From Archangiaceae bacterium (GTDB lineage: Bacteria; Myxococcota; Myxococcia; Myxococcales; Myxococcaceae), in contig JAYVCD010000449.1 in assembly GCA_043750125.1 (NCBI GenBank), positions 1-24,254 of the forward strand: a stretch of DNA of 24,254 nucleotides, given 5' to 3'. Shown in pieces: positions 1 through 8,297 of this stretch (positions within the stretch are counted from its first letter, which is position 1; each line of letters opens with the position of its first letter). The notes under the pieces were generated by a model. That model ran no database searches. It was not told where the DNA came from and saw only the letters and a program-made list of their open reading frames with translations. The translations under genes were made by a program, and so were the position numbers.

Positions 1-144
1 CTGGCCCACTCGGCGAACAGCAGCGGCCTGATGGCGAACGTTCTGTGGGGGGTGGGTGGCGCCGCAGTCGTCGGTGGTGTTGTGATGTTCATCGTTTCGA
101 TGCCTGAGCCGGGCATGTCCAGAAGCGGTGGAGGCAGTCGGTGA
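1..144 (+). CDS. 3' end of a membrane protein (partial); the tail resembles myxobacterial PEGA/TPR-protein C-termini
   Basis: Frame 1 is open from the window edge: LAHSANSSGLMANVLWGVGGAAVVGGVVMFIVSMPEPGMSRSGGGSR*. It contains a hydrophobic helix, and its TGA overlaps the next GTG start (GTGA). Confidence 0.75.
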   Translation: MAHSANSSGLMANVLWGVGGAAVVGGVVMFIVSMPEPGMSRSGGGSR

Positions 145-2600
145 ATAACTTTTGGTCCGGGCTCACGCTGTGCGTCGTCTTGTCATGCCTTGTCGGCTGC
201 AGCGTCAGCCTCGAGGCGAACCCCGAAGGGCTGCAGTGTGACCCGGGTGGGGTCTGCCCCACCGGCTTTCTGTGCATCAGCGGCAACGTCTGCCACGCGG
301 TCAATGGCGCGGGAGGCGGCAGCGGCGTCGGCGGAGGCAGTGGTGTCGGCGGAGGCAGTGGTGTCGGCGGCGGCAGTGGCGTCGGCGGCGGCAGCGGTGT
401 CGGCGGAGGCAGTGGCGTCGGCGGCGGAGCAGGGGATCCTTGCGCCGGAATCAGCTGCACCACGCCCCCGGGCCCGGTCTGCAAAGACGCGAGCACCCTG
501 ACCACGTTCGCCAACTCGGGAACCTGCAGCAACGGCCAGTGCAGCTACACCTCGAGCCAGACCGCGTGCGCCAACGGCTGCAGTGCGAACATGTGCCAGA
601 ACCAGAACCTCTGCGCGGGCAACACCTGCATGGCGCCCCCGTCCCCCACCTGCATGGGCACGATGGTGCGGACCTTCATGTCCCCCGGCACGTGCAACAC
701 CGGCACGGGCGTCTGCACCTACAATCCGATCGACACTCCGTGCGCCAACGGCTGCTCGGGCGGCGTCTGCGTCACCCCCGGGCAAGTCTTCACCCAGACG
801 ATGCCGCGGGTGAAATTCGCGGTGAACTCGGTGGACCAGGCCCCCGGCTCATCGGGGACCCACGTGTTGGTGGTGGGCGACAACGGGAACATCGTGAAGT
901 GGGACGGCACCGCGTTCACCCGGGTCACGTCCACCGCCGCCTCGACCAGCAATTTCAACAGCGTCTGGTTCGCCGGCGTGAACACCGCCTTCGCGGTCGG
1001 CTCTGCGCGAACGGTCGCCCGCTACACCGGCACCAGCTACGCCCAGATGCCTTCAGTTCCCGGAAGCGGCGGCGCGAACTTCAGCGCCGTGCACGGGCGC
1101 GATGAAGCGGCGTTCACCGTCATCGACGGCACGGACAACTACTGGCGATTCGACAGCACCGCGGTTCCCAGTTGGAGCGCCGGAACGGTCACCAAGAACG
1201 CCCTCAACACCCACAAGAACTTCGCGGTTTTTGTCGATTCTCTGAACCGACTGCGCATCGCCGGCCAGAAGACGGTGGTGGCGACCAGCGTCAACACCGG
1301 CGTGGTCCACTACTTCGATTCGAGCACGTGCGTGGCCGGCTGCGCCGACGAAGACCTCACGTCCTCGGACCCGTTCTCCGCGGTCGGTGGGCCGGCGATC
1401 GACGGCGGCAGCGTCCTGCCCGACTCGGCATTCCTCGGGCGCTCGACCAGCTCTGCCCTTCGTCTTCACAACGACCAGGGGAAGTTCGGCCCGTCGGGCT
1501 TCACGCTGCCTACGAGCAACGGAATCGTCGCCATCACTCCGGGAAGCAGCGCGACCCGCCAGGTCTACTTTCTGACCCGGGTTCCCACCGGTGGAGTGGG
1601 CCACCTGTACCGCTATTCCGGATTGAACGACGCGGTCGATCCCGACCCGCTGGGCGACTTCTATTTCGACAAGGTCTCGATGAGCCGCACCGAGAGCGGG
1701 GGAGTAATCATCGCCGAAACCGACTCGGCCAAAGGGGTCAACAACATCTACCGGCGCAGCTCGGTCGCCTCGGAAATGCTCGACCTGGGAGAGAGCTGGA
1801 CCGCGCTCAGCAGCGCCGGCGGGACCCTGGTCCTCGGCAGTATTTTCGGCGACCTCGCGGCCCGCGCAATCGGCTCGAACACCTGGCAGCTGCGCCGCGG
1901 TCCCCGCGTCACCATCACCGACCTCGCCGCCGCCAACGGGACCGGAGTTCTGGTCGCCGGCAAAGCGGGCAAGCTCTCGCGATTCAAGTTCAACGCCTTG
2001 ATTCCTGACAGCGTGCCCATCGCTTCGGCCACCACCAACGACTTCAACGGCATCTGTCGGCTCAGCGACACCGAGGCCTACGCGGTCGGAAACGCGGGGA
2101 CCATTCGCAGCCTCAACACCACCGTGCCCAGCGCCGCCACGATGACCTCGGGCACCACCCGGAACCTGCTCTCGGTCGACTGCGTGAGCCCCGGAAGTGC
2201 GTTCGCCTGCGGACAAGCCGGAACGGTGCTGCGTTTGAGCGCCGGCGTGTGGTCGGCTCTTCCGATGGCGTTCCCCAACCTCGCCGTCGACCTCACCAGC
2301 TGCAAAGTGCTCAACAACGTCCTCTGGGCGGCCGGGGATAACGCGTTCTACAAAATCGATCTCGCCGCGGCGAGCCCGGTCTGGCAGTCGCTGCCCTCGC
2401 AGTCGCGGCTGTCGAGGCTCAACGTCCTGGGTCCAGGCGACGTCTACGCCATCTCGGCCAACACCCGGGTCGTGCGCTTCGATGGAGCCAACTGGAACAC
2501 CCTTTTTACTGCCACCACCGGCAGTCTGGTGGGGGGTGGGCAATTGGGCGGGAAAGTGGTATTCGCCGGCTCCCTCGGGACGGTGGTGGAAGGGTTGTAG
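141..2600 (+). CDS. Large lipoprotein with a Gly/Ser linker, Cys-rich repeats and WD40/YVTN-like beta-propeller repeats
   Basis: 819-aa ORF. Signal peptide with lipobox LVGC, (GGGSGV)x6, two Cys-rich modules, then recurring blades such as FNSVWFAG..AFAVG, LLSVDC..AFACGQAGTVLR and VVRFDGANW. Confidence 0.85.
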   Translation: MNNFWSGLTLCVVLSCLVGCSVSLEANPEGLQCDPGGVCPTGFLCISGNVCHAVNGAGGGSGVGGGSGVGGGSGVGGGSGVGGGSGVGGGSGVGGGAGDPCAGISCTTPPGPVCKDASTLTTFANSGTCSNGQCSYTSSQTACANGCSANMCQNQNLCAGNTCMAPPSPTCMGTMVRTFMSPGTCNTGTGVCTYNPIDTPCANGCSGGVCVTPGQVFTQTMPRVKFAVNSVDQAPGSSGTHVLVVGDNGNIVKWDGTAFTRVTSTAASTSNFNSVWFAGVNTAFAVGSARTVARYTGTSYAQMPSVPGSGGANFSAVHGRDEAAFTVIDGTDNYWRFDSTAVPSWSAGTVTKNALNTHKNFAVFVDSLNRLRIAGQKTVVATSVNTGVVHYFDSSTCVAGCADEDLTSSDPFSAVGGPAIDGGSVLPDSAFLGRSTSSALRLHNDQGKFGPSGFTLPTSNGIVAITPGSSATRQVYFLTRVPTGGVGHLYRYSGLNDAVDPDPLGDFYFDKVSMSRTESGGVIIAETDSAKGVNNIYRRSSVASEMLDLGESWTALSSAGGTLVLGSIFGDLAARAIGSNTWQLRRGPRVTITDLAAANGTGVLVAGKAGKLSRFKFNALIPDSVPIASATTNDFNGICRLSDTEAYAVGNAGTIRSLNTTVPSAATMTSGTTRNLLSVDCVSPGSAFACGQAGTVLRLSAGVWSALPMAFPNLAVDLTSCKVLNNVLWAAGDNAFYKIDLAAASPVWQSLPSQSRLSRLNVLGPGDVYAISANTRVVRFDGANWNTLFTATTGSLVGGGQLGGKVVFAGSLGTVVEGL
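312..419 (+). repeat. Coding tandem repeat, 6 x 18 bp (GGGSGV)
   Basis: Six in-frame 18-bp units that differ only at synonymous positions. Confidence 0.95.
435..770 (+). repeat. Two tandem Cys-rich modules of about 55 aa
   Basis: DPCAGISCTTPPGPVC...GTC...C.Y....CANGCS..MC versus NLCAGNTCMAPPSPTC...GTC...C.Y...CANGCS..VC. Confidence 0.85.
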
Positions 2601-2640
2601 ACGGTGGGCGGGATTTAAGAGGGCAAGGGGAAGTCCTAAA

Positions 2641-4011
2641 ATGGAGCTGGATCCGCGCTTCAAGATTCGCGCACCGCTGCGTTGTGAGGGAATTGGGCGG
2701 CTGGACTGCGCCGAAGACCTCGAATCGGGAATGAGAATGGCGGTGCGTTGGCTGCCTCTGGAAGCCAATGGTTCCGCGGCAGTACAGGCGTGTGAGCAGC
2801 TCCCCGAGCACCCGACACTGCCCCGGATTCGGCAGATCGGCCAGATGGGCGCCTCTGCCTACGTGGCGATGGATTTTCCCGACGGGAACCTTCTCGCCAC
2901 CCAGCTGCACGAGGTGCAGTCCGCGGCCAGCCTGATTGGGATTACCGCGCAGATCGCCGACGCCCTGGCCACCATCCACATGCAGGACGTGGTTCACGGC
3001 GAGATGTCGGCCGACTCAATCTTGATCGTCAGCGGACCTTCCGAAAAGGCGTACCTCTGGGACATGCCGCTGGTGATTGCCAACCGGGTCACCGACCGCC
3101 GGGGTGAAGACCGACTGATGCACCAGCTGGTGAAGACCGCTGCCTTCCTTTCCCCTGAGCGCGCGCGTGGCTCGGCCCCCACCCCCGAAGGCGATGTCTA
3201 CGCCCTGGGCGCCATTGTCTGCATCGCCGGCGGGGCCCCGCTTCCTCCCGGCCAGAACACCCTCGCGGTCATCCACTCGGTCGCCGTGGGCACCTGGGTT
3301 CCGAAAGTTCCCAAATCGCTTCCTGAGCCCCTGCGCTCGATGCTCGAGCGGATGATCGCCCGCGATGCGTTTGCCCGTCCCACAGCGCGCGAAGTCGCCG
3401 AGCTGTTCATGCCTCCGGTCGCCGCCCACCGCACCGAGCCTGAGCTGCCCGCGATCGTCTTGCCCGCGGCGGTCCCGGTGGAAGCGCAGTCCGCCCTTCA
3501 GCCTGCGACCGACCCGGTCCTTCCGAAAGTCGAGAGCGCCGTGCAGCTGACCGACAACATCAGCGTGTCCCAGGATCTCGCCGATGCCGGCGCGGCGCTG
3601 TTGTCCCCCGACGAGGCCGCGTTTCTCATCCGTTCCAACCGCAAAGTCCCGCTGAGGATTGCGGCGGCGATGGCGGTCCTGGTCGTCGGCTTGAGCGCGT
3701 TGGCCGTCAATCTGTCGCACCGAAAGGGTGGGACGGAAGCCTCCCCGACGGGAACCCAGCTTGCCGTTCCGACTCGCACCACGGTGACGGTCACGGCTCT
3801 GGCCCCTCTCGATTTTGAAGCCTCCTCTGACGATGAGCTGTTTTCGTTGACCCCGCGCGTCAAGAAGGTGGCTGCGAAGAAGCGCGCTCCGAAGGCGGAA
3901 GTGGCAGCCCAGGACTCCGATTTCGTTCCGGGAATGACCGGCGATCCCGCCCTGAAGGGTGAGTTTGGTTTCCTCGAAGAAGAGCCGGAATTGAAGCGCC
4001 CGACTTTCTAG
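2641..4011 (+). CDS. Membrane-anchored Ser/Thr kinase-like protein, probably a pseudokinase
   Basis: ATG at 2641 follows a purine-rich AAGGGGAAG. The Hanks C-lobe is recognisable (FLSPERARG, DVYALG, P.PLRSMLERM...RPTA), but the catalytic motifs are degenerate (MAVR, HGEMSADSIL, DMP). TM helix IAAAMAVLVVGLSALAV. Confidence 0.85.
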   Translation: MELDPRFKIRAPLRCEGIGRLDCAEDLESGMRMAVRWLPLEANGSAAVQACEQLPEHPTLPRIRQIGQMGASAYVAMDFPDGNLLATQLHEVQSAASLIGITAQIADALATIHMQDVVHGEMSADSILIVSGPSEKAYLWDMPLVIANRVTDRRGEDRLMHQLVKTAAFLSPERARGSAPTPEGDVYALGAIVCIAGGAPLPPGQNTLAVIHSVAVGTWVPKVPKSLPEPLRSMLERMIARDAFARPTAREVAELFMPPVAAHRTEPELPAIVLPAAVPVEAQSALQPATDPVLPKVESAVQLTDNISVSQDLADAGAALLSPDEAAFLIRSNRKVPLRIAAAMAVLVVGLSALAVNLSHRKGGTEASPTGTQLAVPTRTTVTVTALAPLDFEASSDDELFSLTPRVKKVAAKKRAPKAEVAAQDSDFVPGMTGDPALKGEFGFLEEEPELKRPTF

Positions 4012-4039
4012 TTGGCAGCGCCTCGCCAAACATTATGGT
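4012..4039 (+). promoter_or_regulatory. Putative sigma70-type promoter for a near-leaderless transcript
   Basis: TTGGCA-N16-TATGGT ends 9 nt before GTG 4049, which has no Shine-Dalgarno. Confidence 0.35.
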
Positions 4040-4048
4040 GCGCGCGCT

Positions 4049-5095
4049 GTGCGCGCCCCACTGACCGAAGCTGAGCTCGATGCTCGCCTGGCTGCTCTTG
4101 GTCTGGTGAGAGACGATTCCGTCGCTGCGCCTCCGCCGAGCAAGAACCGCACGGTGGTCTGTCGCAACGGTCGTCGCCGGGTGTTGGTGAAGGTCGCCGA
4201 CGGGCCGGGAAACGTGGGCGTGCTGCGCGAGGGCTCGATTCTCGAACGGGTCGCGCCGCTGGCCAAAGAGCCCGACGCGCCGCTGCTGATTCCTGGAATC
4301 TATGCCTTTGACCCCGGCAACGGGCTGCTCGCGCTTCACTGGCTGCAGGGCGGTGAGACGCTCCATCACTTTCATCGCCGCAGCGGCGACTACCCCCGCC
4401 AAGTCGCGCGGCAAGTCGGCAAGGCGCTCGGCTACCTTCACCGCGCCAGCCACGACGCGCCCGGTCGATTCGCGCTCGCCGACGCGTTTCGCGATGAATC
4501 CGACCTGCTCGAGTGTTTCTTGCGGATGCGGCCCGACTTCTACGCGCGGCTGTCGGGGGTCGGCGTCGAGCTCTTCTCGCAGGTGCAGGCCGATGCGCCG
4601 GCGATGGCCGGGCTTCAGGCGCTCAGTGAGCAGCAGGCCAAAGAGAGCGAGGCGTGCCTGGTCCACGGAGATCTTCGCCAGGCGAATCTGCTTCGGGTGG
4701 GCAAAGACCGAAACGCCCCGGTCTTCTTTCTCGATTGGGAATTGTCGTTCTGGGGCGACTCGGCCCGAGACCTGGGCAGCCTGTTTGCCGACTACGTCAG
4801 CGCCTACCTCGCGCCCGAGCACAAGAGCGAGGTGCTCACCCGCACCGAGCTGTCGACGTTCTGCCGCGCGCTGATGGCCGCCTACGCCGAGGCGCGGGGC
4901 GAGTCGTTCGAGCTGACCGACGAGTTTCAAAATCGGGTGGTGCGGTGGGTCGCGACCGCTCTGCTGATCGCCGTCTACGGCATCTCTCACTACGAGCAGC
5001 AGCTCGACACCCGCGCGCGCGGCCTGGCGCAGCAGGCCCTGGACATGCTGGCCGCCCCCCAGTCCTGGCCCGCGGTGTTGTGGGGTGCCCCGTGA
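4049..5095 (+). CDS. APH/choline-kinase-family phosphotransferase (LanK/LxmK/TvaC-like)
   Basis: Intact motifs VLVK, LVHGDLRQANLL and FLDWELSFWGDSARDLG. Its stop overlaps the next start (GTGA). Confidence 0.85.
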   Translation: MRAPLTEAELDARLAALGLVRDDSVAAPPPSKNRTVVCRNGRRRVLVKVADGPGNVGVLREGSILERVAPLAKEPDAPLLIPGIYAFDPGNGLLALHWLQGGETLHHFHRRSGDYPRQVARQVGKALGYLHRASHDAPGRFALADAFRDESDLLECFLRMRPDFYARLSGVGVELFSQVQADAPAMAGLQALSEQQAKESEACLVHGDLRQANLLRVGKDRNAPVFFLDWELSFWGDSARDLGSLFADYVSAYLAPEHKSEVLTRTELSTFCRALMAAYAEARGESFELTDEFQNRVVRWVATALLIAVYGISHYEQQLDTRARGLAQQALDMLAAPQSWPAVLWGAP

Positions 5096-6006
5096 CTCTG
5101 CTCGAAGCGTTTCGAGAGCTCGAGCCGCAGGTGGTGCTCAACAAGTCGGTGCTCGCGCTCGAGGGCGTCTCTCACCGGGCCGAGCAGGCGCACGCGGCGC
5201 TCTCGTCCTGGATGTTGTCCCACTGGCTCAGCCGCCGACCGGGCCCTGCGCCCAAAGGCGGTCGGGCTTCCGGAGACTCCGGCTGGGTGGCCCACCTGCA
5301 ATCGCTGACGCGCGGCGCGTCGGGTTGGGAGCCGGGCTACACCCTGGTCCGGGTCGGCGAGTCCGACGGCCTCACCGGGCGACGCGGGCAGTGGGCGTTC
5401 GTCTCGGACGGCCGCTTGAGCCTGTTCCTCGACGAGCCGGGCCAGTACTCGCCTCCTTCGGCGCTGCCGGGTGAGAAGGTCAGTGTCCGGGTTCCCCGCG
5501 CCCGCGAAAACCTGACCCCCCATCGGTTCACGCTGCTGGGAAATCACGGCTCGCCTGCTCCCGGCGAACGGGTGAGCAAGCTGTTCGTCGCCGCTTCGCT
5601 CGAGGCCGCCGCGCAGCTGGTGGCGACGCTGTCCGCCCGCAGCGCCGACGGGCTGCGCTTCTCGCTCTTCGTCAGCAACGAGCCGCGCGATTTCGAGCGC
5701 ACCGACAACCTGGTGATCGACGTGGCTTTCCGCGACGAGCCCGCCACGGTGAGGTTGTTGGGTGACTTTTTCAAAGCGCAAAGCGGGCGACTGCTTGCGC
5801 TCAAGCCTCCGCTGCAGGCGCAGCAGGTGGTCCCCGGAATCTCGAAGACCGAAATCACCGCCCCCGAGGATTCGGGTGACGGCTACTTTCGAAGGCGGGC
5901 GGATCAGCTGGCCGCGGTGGTGCTCGATGCCCTGCACGCAGGCGAAGTGACCGCGGCGCAGTGGGCGGCCCGGCTCGCGCTCGAGAGCAAACGCCAGGGA
6001 CTTTGA
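5092..6006 (+). CDS. Divergent HopA1-family protein (LanY-like phospho-elimination lyase candidate)
   Basis: GTG at 5092. The motif order matches my recollection of HopA1 proteins: GWEPGY, DGRLSL, GEKVSVRVPR..ENLTP, FSLFVSNEP.DFERTDNLVI, VPGISKTE, YFRRRADQLA. It is paired with an APH kinase. Confidence 0.7.
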   Translation: MTLLEAFRELEPQVVLNKSVLALEGVSHRAEQAHAALSSWMLSHWLSRRPGPAPKGGRASGDSGWVAHLQSLTRGASGWEPGYTLVRVGESDGLTGRRGQWAFVSDGRLSLFLDEPGQYSPPSALPGEKVSVRVPRARENLTPHRFTLLGNHGSPAPGERVSKLFVAASLEAAAQLVATLSARSADGLRFSLFVSNEPRDFERTDNLVIDVAFRDEPATVRLLGDFFKAQSGRLLALKPPLQAQQVVPGISKTEITAPEDSGDGYFRRRADQLAAVVLDALHAGEVTAAQWAARLALESKRQGL

Positions 6007-6039
6007 CGCGTTGCCCCCTGTGACGCTAAGGCCGCCGGC

Positions 6040-6729
6040 GTGCTCGCCCCACTGATCGCTGCGCTGCTCGGAATCCTGCTCGGCGTTCGCCATGCGTTCG
6101 AGCCGGACCATCTGGCAGCGGTCTCGACCCTCGCCGGAGACGAGCGCTCGGTCAAAGGCGGCCTCTTCCTCGGGGCGGTGTGGGGCCTGGGGCACTCGAT
6201 TGCCTTGCTCGGCGTCGGAGGCTCGCTGGCGGCGATCGAAACCCAGATGCCCGTTCCCCTCGCCAACGCCTTCGAGCTCGGGGTGGGAATGATGATCGTC
6301 GGCCTCGGCCTGCGGGCCATCGTTCGCGCCGTCCGCGAAGGCCGGCGCGGAAGGGTGCAGTCCCACCGTCATGGACCCGTGCTTCACACCCACTCCGCCG
6401 CGGTTTCCCACGTGCACGTCAGCCGCTGGACCCTGGCCACCCGCCCCCTGCTCGTCGGGTTGGTTCACGGCCTCGCCGGCAGCGGAGCCCTCACCGCGCT
6501 GGTGTTGGCTGAGCTGCCCACCGTCGGCGCGCGACTGACCTACATCGCCTTGTTCGGCGCCGGCAGCATGGTGGGCATGGCGATGCTCAGCGCCCTGTGC
6601 GGAGTGCCTTTGGCGAAGCTCCAGCGCGCTCCCCGACTGATGGCCGCCTGCCTGCTGGGCATCGGAGTGCTCTCGGTCTGCACCGGCGCCTGGTGGACCC
6701 TGGGCGCCGCCGAACGGCTGTTCGGTTAA
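6040..6729 (+). CDS. NiCoT/UreH-like nickel/cobalt permease
   Basis: RHAFEPDH (HX4DH), WGLGH, a His-rich loop SHRHGPVLHTHSAAVSHVH, GLVHGLAGSGA, and about 6 TM helices. Confidence 0.85.
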   Translation: MLAPLIAALLGILLGVRHAFEPDHLAAVSTLAGDERSVKGGLFLGAVWGLGHSIALLGVGGSLAAIETQMPVPLANAFELGVGMMIVGLGLRAIVRAVREGRRGRVQSHRHGPVLHTHSAAVSHVHVSRWTLATRPLLVGLVHGLAGSGALTALVLAELPTVGARLTYIALFGAGSMVGMAMLSALCGVPLAKLQRAPRLMAACLLGIGVLSVCTGAWWTLGAAERLFG

Positions 6730-6744
6730 CGAAGCGAGGCTCGA

Positions 6745-7290
6745 ATGGAGTCTGGCCGCAGCCCCCCGCGCGAGGGGACCCGCCTCAAGCTCATCGCCAC
6801 CCTCGGGCTGGTCGCCTTGCTGGCTGCGGTCGCATTTCGTTCCGTCCATCAGCGCCCCCGCGTTCGAGCCGCCCCCGAGCTGCTCGCCTACCAGGGTCGG
6901 GTCGGCGAGCTTTCCCCCCAGGAACAGGAACGCTTCGCCCTGATTCAAAAAGAGATTCGCCAGGCCGAGCGGGCTCGTGCTGCGACCCACGCCTGGCCCA
7001 ATCTTTTCGAAGTTCCCGGTTTGCCCTGGGTCCACTTGGGAACGGGGCTCTACGTCAACTACCTCGGGATTCCCGCCGAGCCCGATCGGCTTCGATGGCT
7101 GGTGTTGTTCATCGAGCCCGAGCCCGCGGCGCTCAAAGAGCCTGCTCCGCCCGAGGACCTCGAGCATCACACCCTGTCCGACGGAACGGCGTTGCACGTC
7201 TCGGTCTGGACCGCTGAGAACACCGGCCCGGTGAGCACCACCGTCCTTCCATTCCCAGCCGCAGAGAACTGGACTCAGCGGGTTCAGTGA
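6745..7290 (+). CDS. Membrane-anchored hypothetical protein, DUF6162-like
   Basis: GAGG RBS and an N-terminal TM helix. The pattern LLAYQ..LSPQEQ.RF..I, YLG, VW, NWTQ resembles DUF6162 as I recall it. Confidence 0.65.
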   Translation: MESGRSPPREGTRLKLIATLGLVALLAAVAFRSVHQRPRVRAAPELLAYQGRVGELSPQEQERFALIQKEIRQAERARAATHAWPNLFEVPGLPWVHLGTGLYVNYLGIPAEPDRLRWLVLFIEPEPAALKEPAPPEDLEHHTLSDGTALHVSVWTAENTGPVSTTVLPFPAAENWTQRVQ

Positions 7291-7439
7291 CCCTTTTGGG
7301 GATTGCGTTCGGACATCGGCGGCCGCGCAAAGTGGCCAGAGTTCCTTCACACTCAGCCACACCGTTGCGCCAACCTTGCCAGCCGTGGAGCACCGTCATC
7401 GCAGGCGCCGGGATCAATTTCACCCCCTTGCTTCGCGCC

Positions 7440-8230
7440 CTCTTGAATGCAAACCAATCACTACTTCGACAGGACAGCTTGGTTGAATCTGTGCACGGGC
7501 CCCGGGTGCTTCCGGGCTAATGCTAATGATTGTGAGATTGATCATGCTCGACTTCGCACGAAGCAGAAGAGCCGTTCTTCGTTTCTCTACGGATATTCAG
7601 GGTCTGTTTTCTGTTCGTTCCACATCGATTTGAGCAAATCGAGGACTTAGTCGAGGCTCACGACGAGGTGGTCAGGATCAATTTGGACACCCCGAACGCG
7701 ACCTGCCAGATCACGATGCAGGTCACACCGGTCCCGACAATGCGGATCGGGCAAATGGTAAGTCATGTGCAGTCGGTCTTCATAGGGCAGAAGCAATACA
7801 ATCGATTCGCCCTCAAAGTTCAATTGGCTGACGCTGTGTTCTTCCCACACTCCTTCTTCTGGTTTGCTTGTGTTGGGTAGTCCTTCGTTCTTGTTCTGTA
7901 ACTGATTTGTAAGTGTTTTGAGAAAGTTAAAATGGTCGTCCCAGACTGTGCTTTGACGTTCGGCAAGGTTCCGACAGTTCTCAAACAAATGCTCGAACTC
8001 AAGGTAGTTGATCTTGCGTTTGAGGCGCACTGAGAGCTCGTCGAGCGCGGTGATATATCCTCCCAAGTACGCTGCGCTCATGGTGAGCGAGAGCTGCTCG
8101 CCATCGACGAAAAAATTAATGATTGGAAAGGCGATGGCTTCCCTGTGATAAATTCTAATTCCGAATTTATTAATGTCTACGATGAGAGTTTGAGTTATTC
8201 TGTAGCCAAATCAGACTGGCCATTGGAACT
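7440..8230. other. AT-rich foreign or decayed insert between convergent operons
   Basis: Hand counts give 24/60 GC at 7861-7920 and 22/60 at 8101-8160, far below the flanks. No integrase or IS is visible. Confidence 0.75.
7647..8081 (-). CDS. Low-GC hypothetical protein, possibly a remnant with a lost start codon
   Basis: 144-aa ORF with AT-rich codons. The frame stays open upstream to 8210 (ITQTLIVDINKFGIRIYHREAIAFPIINFFVDGEQLSLT) with no ATG/GTG/TTG. Confidence 0.5.
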   Translation of the reverse strand: MSAAYLGGYITALDELSVRLKRKINYLEFEHLFENCRNLAERQSTVWDDHFNFLKTLTNQLQNKNEGLPNTSKPEEGVWEEHSVSQLNFEGESIVLLLPYEDRLHMTYHLPDPHCRDRCDLHRDLAGRVRGVQIDPDHLVVSLD

Positions 8231-8297
8231 CAATCTCGTCGTCTGTTCTCGGTCGGATGGCAGACATTCAGGCAAATGGGGTCGGGGATGAAAACCC

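Noticed and set aside
312-419. Tandem repeats as a CRISPR array
   Set aside because: The 18-bp units have no spacers, are in frame with synonymous variation, and no cas genes are present.
2482-2640. Longer start for the pseudokinase
   Set aside because: It overlaps the upstream lipoprotein gene, and the kinase fold begins at ATG 2641.
4654-5091. Longer start for the HopA1-like ORF
   Set aside because: It overlaps the kinase out of frame; the GTGA coupling at 5092 is more plausible.
4990-7362. Long antisense or alternative-frame ORFs (also 1053-2768, 13099-14814, 14561-15880, 16281-17717, 22492-23616)
   Set aside because: These are high-GC shadow frames opposite well-supported genes and carry no recognisable motifs.
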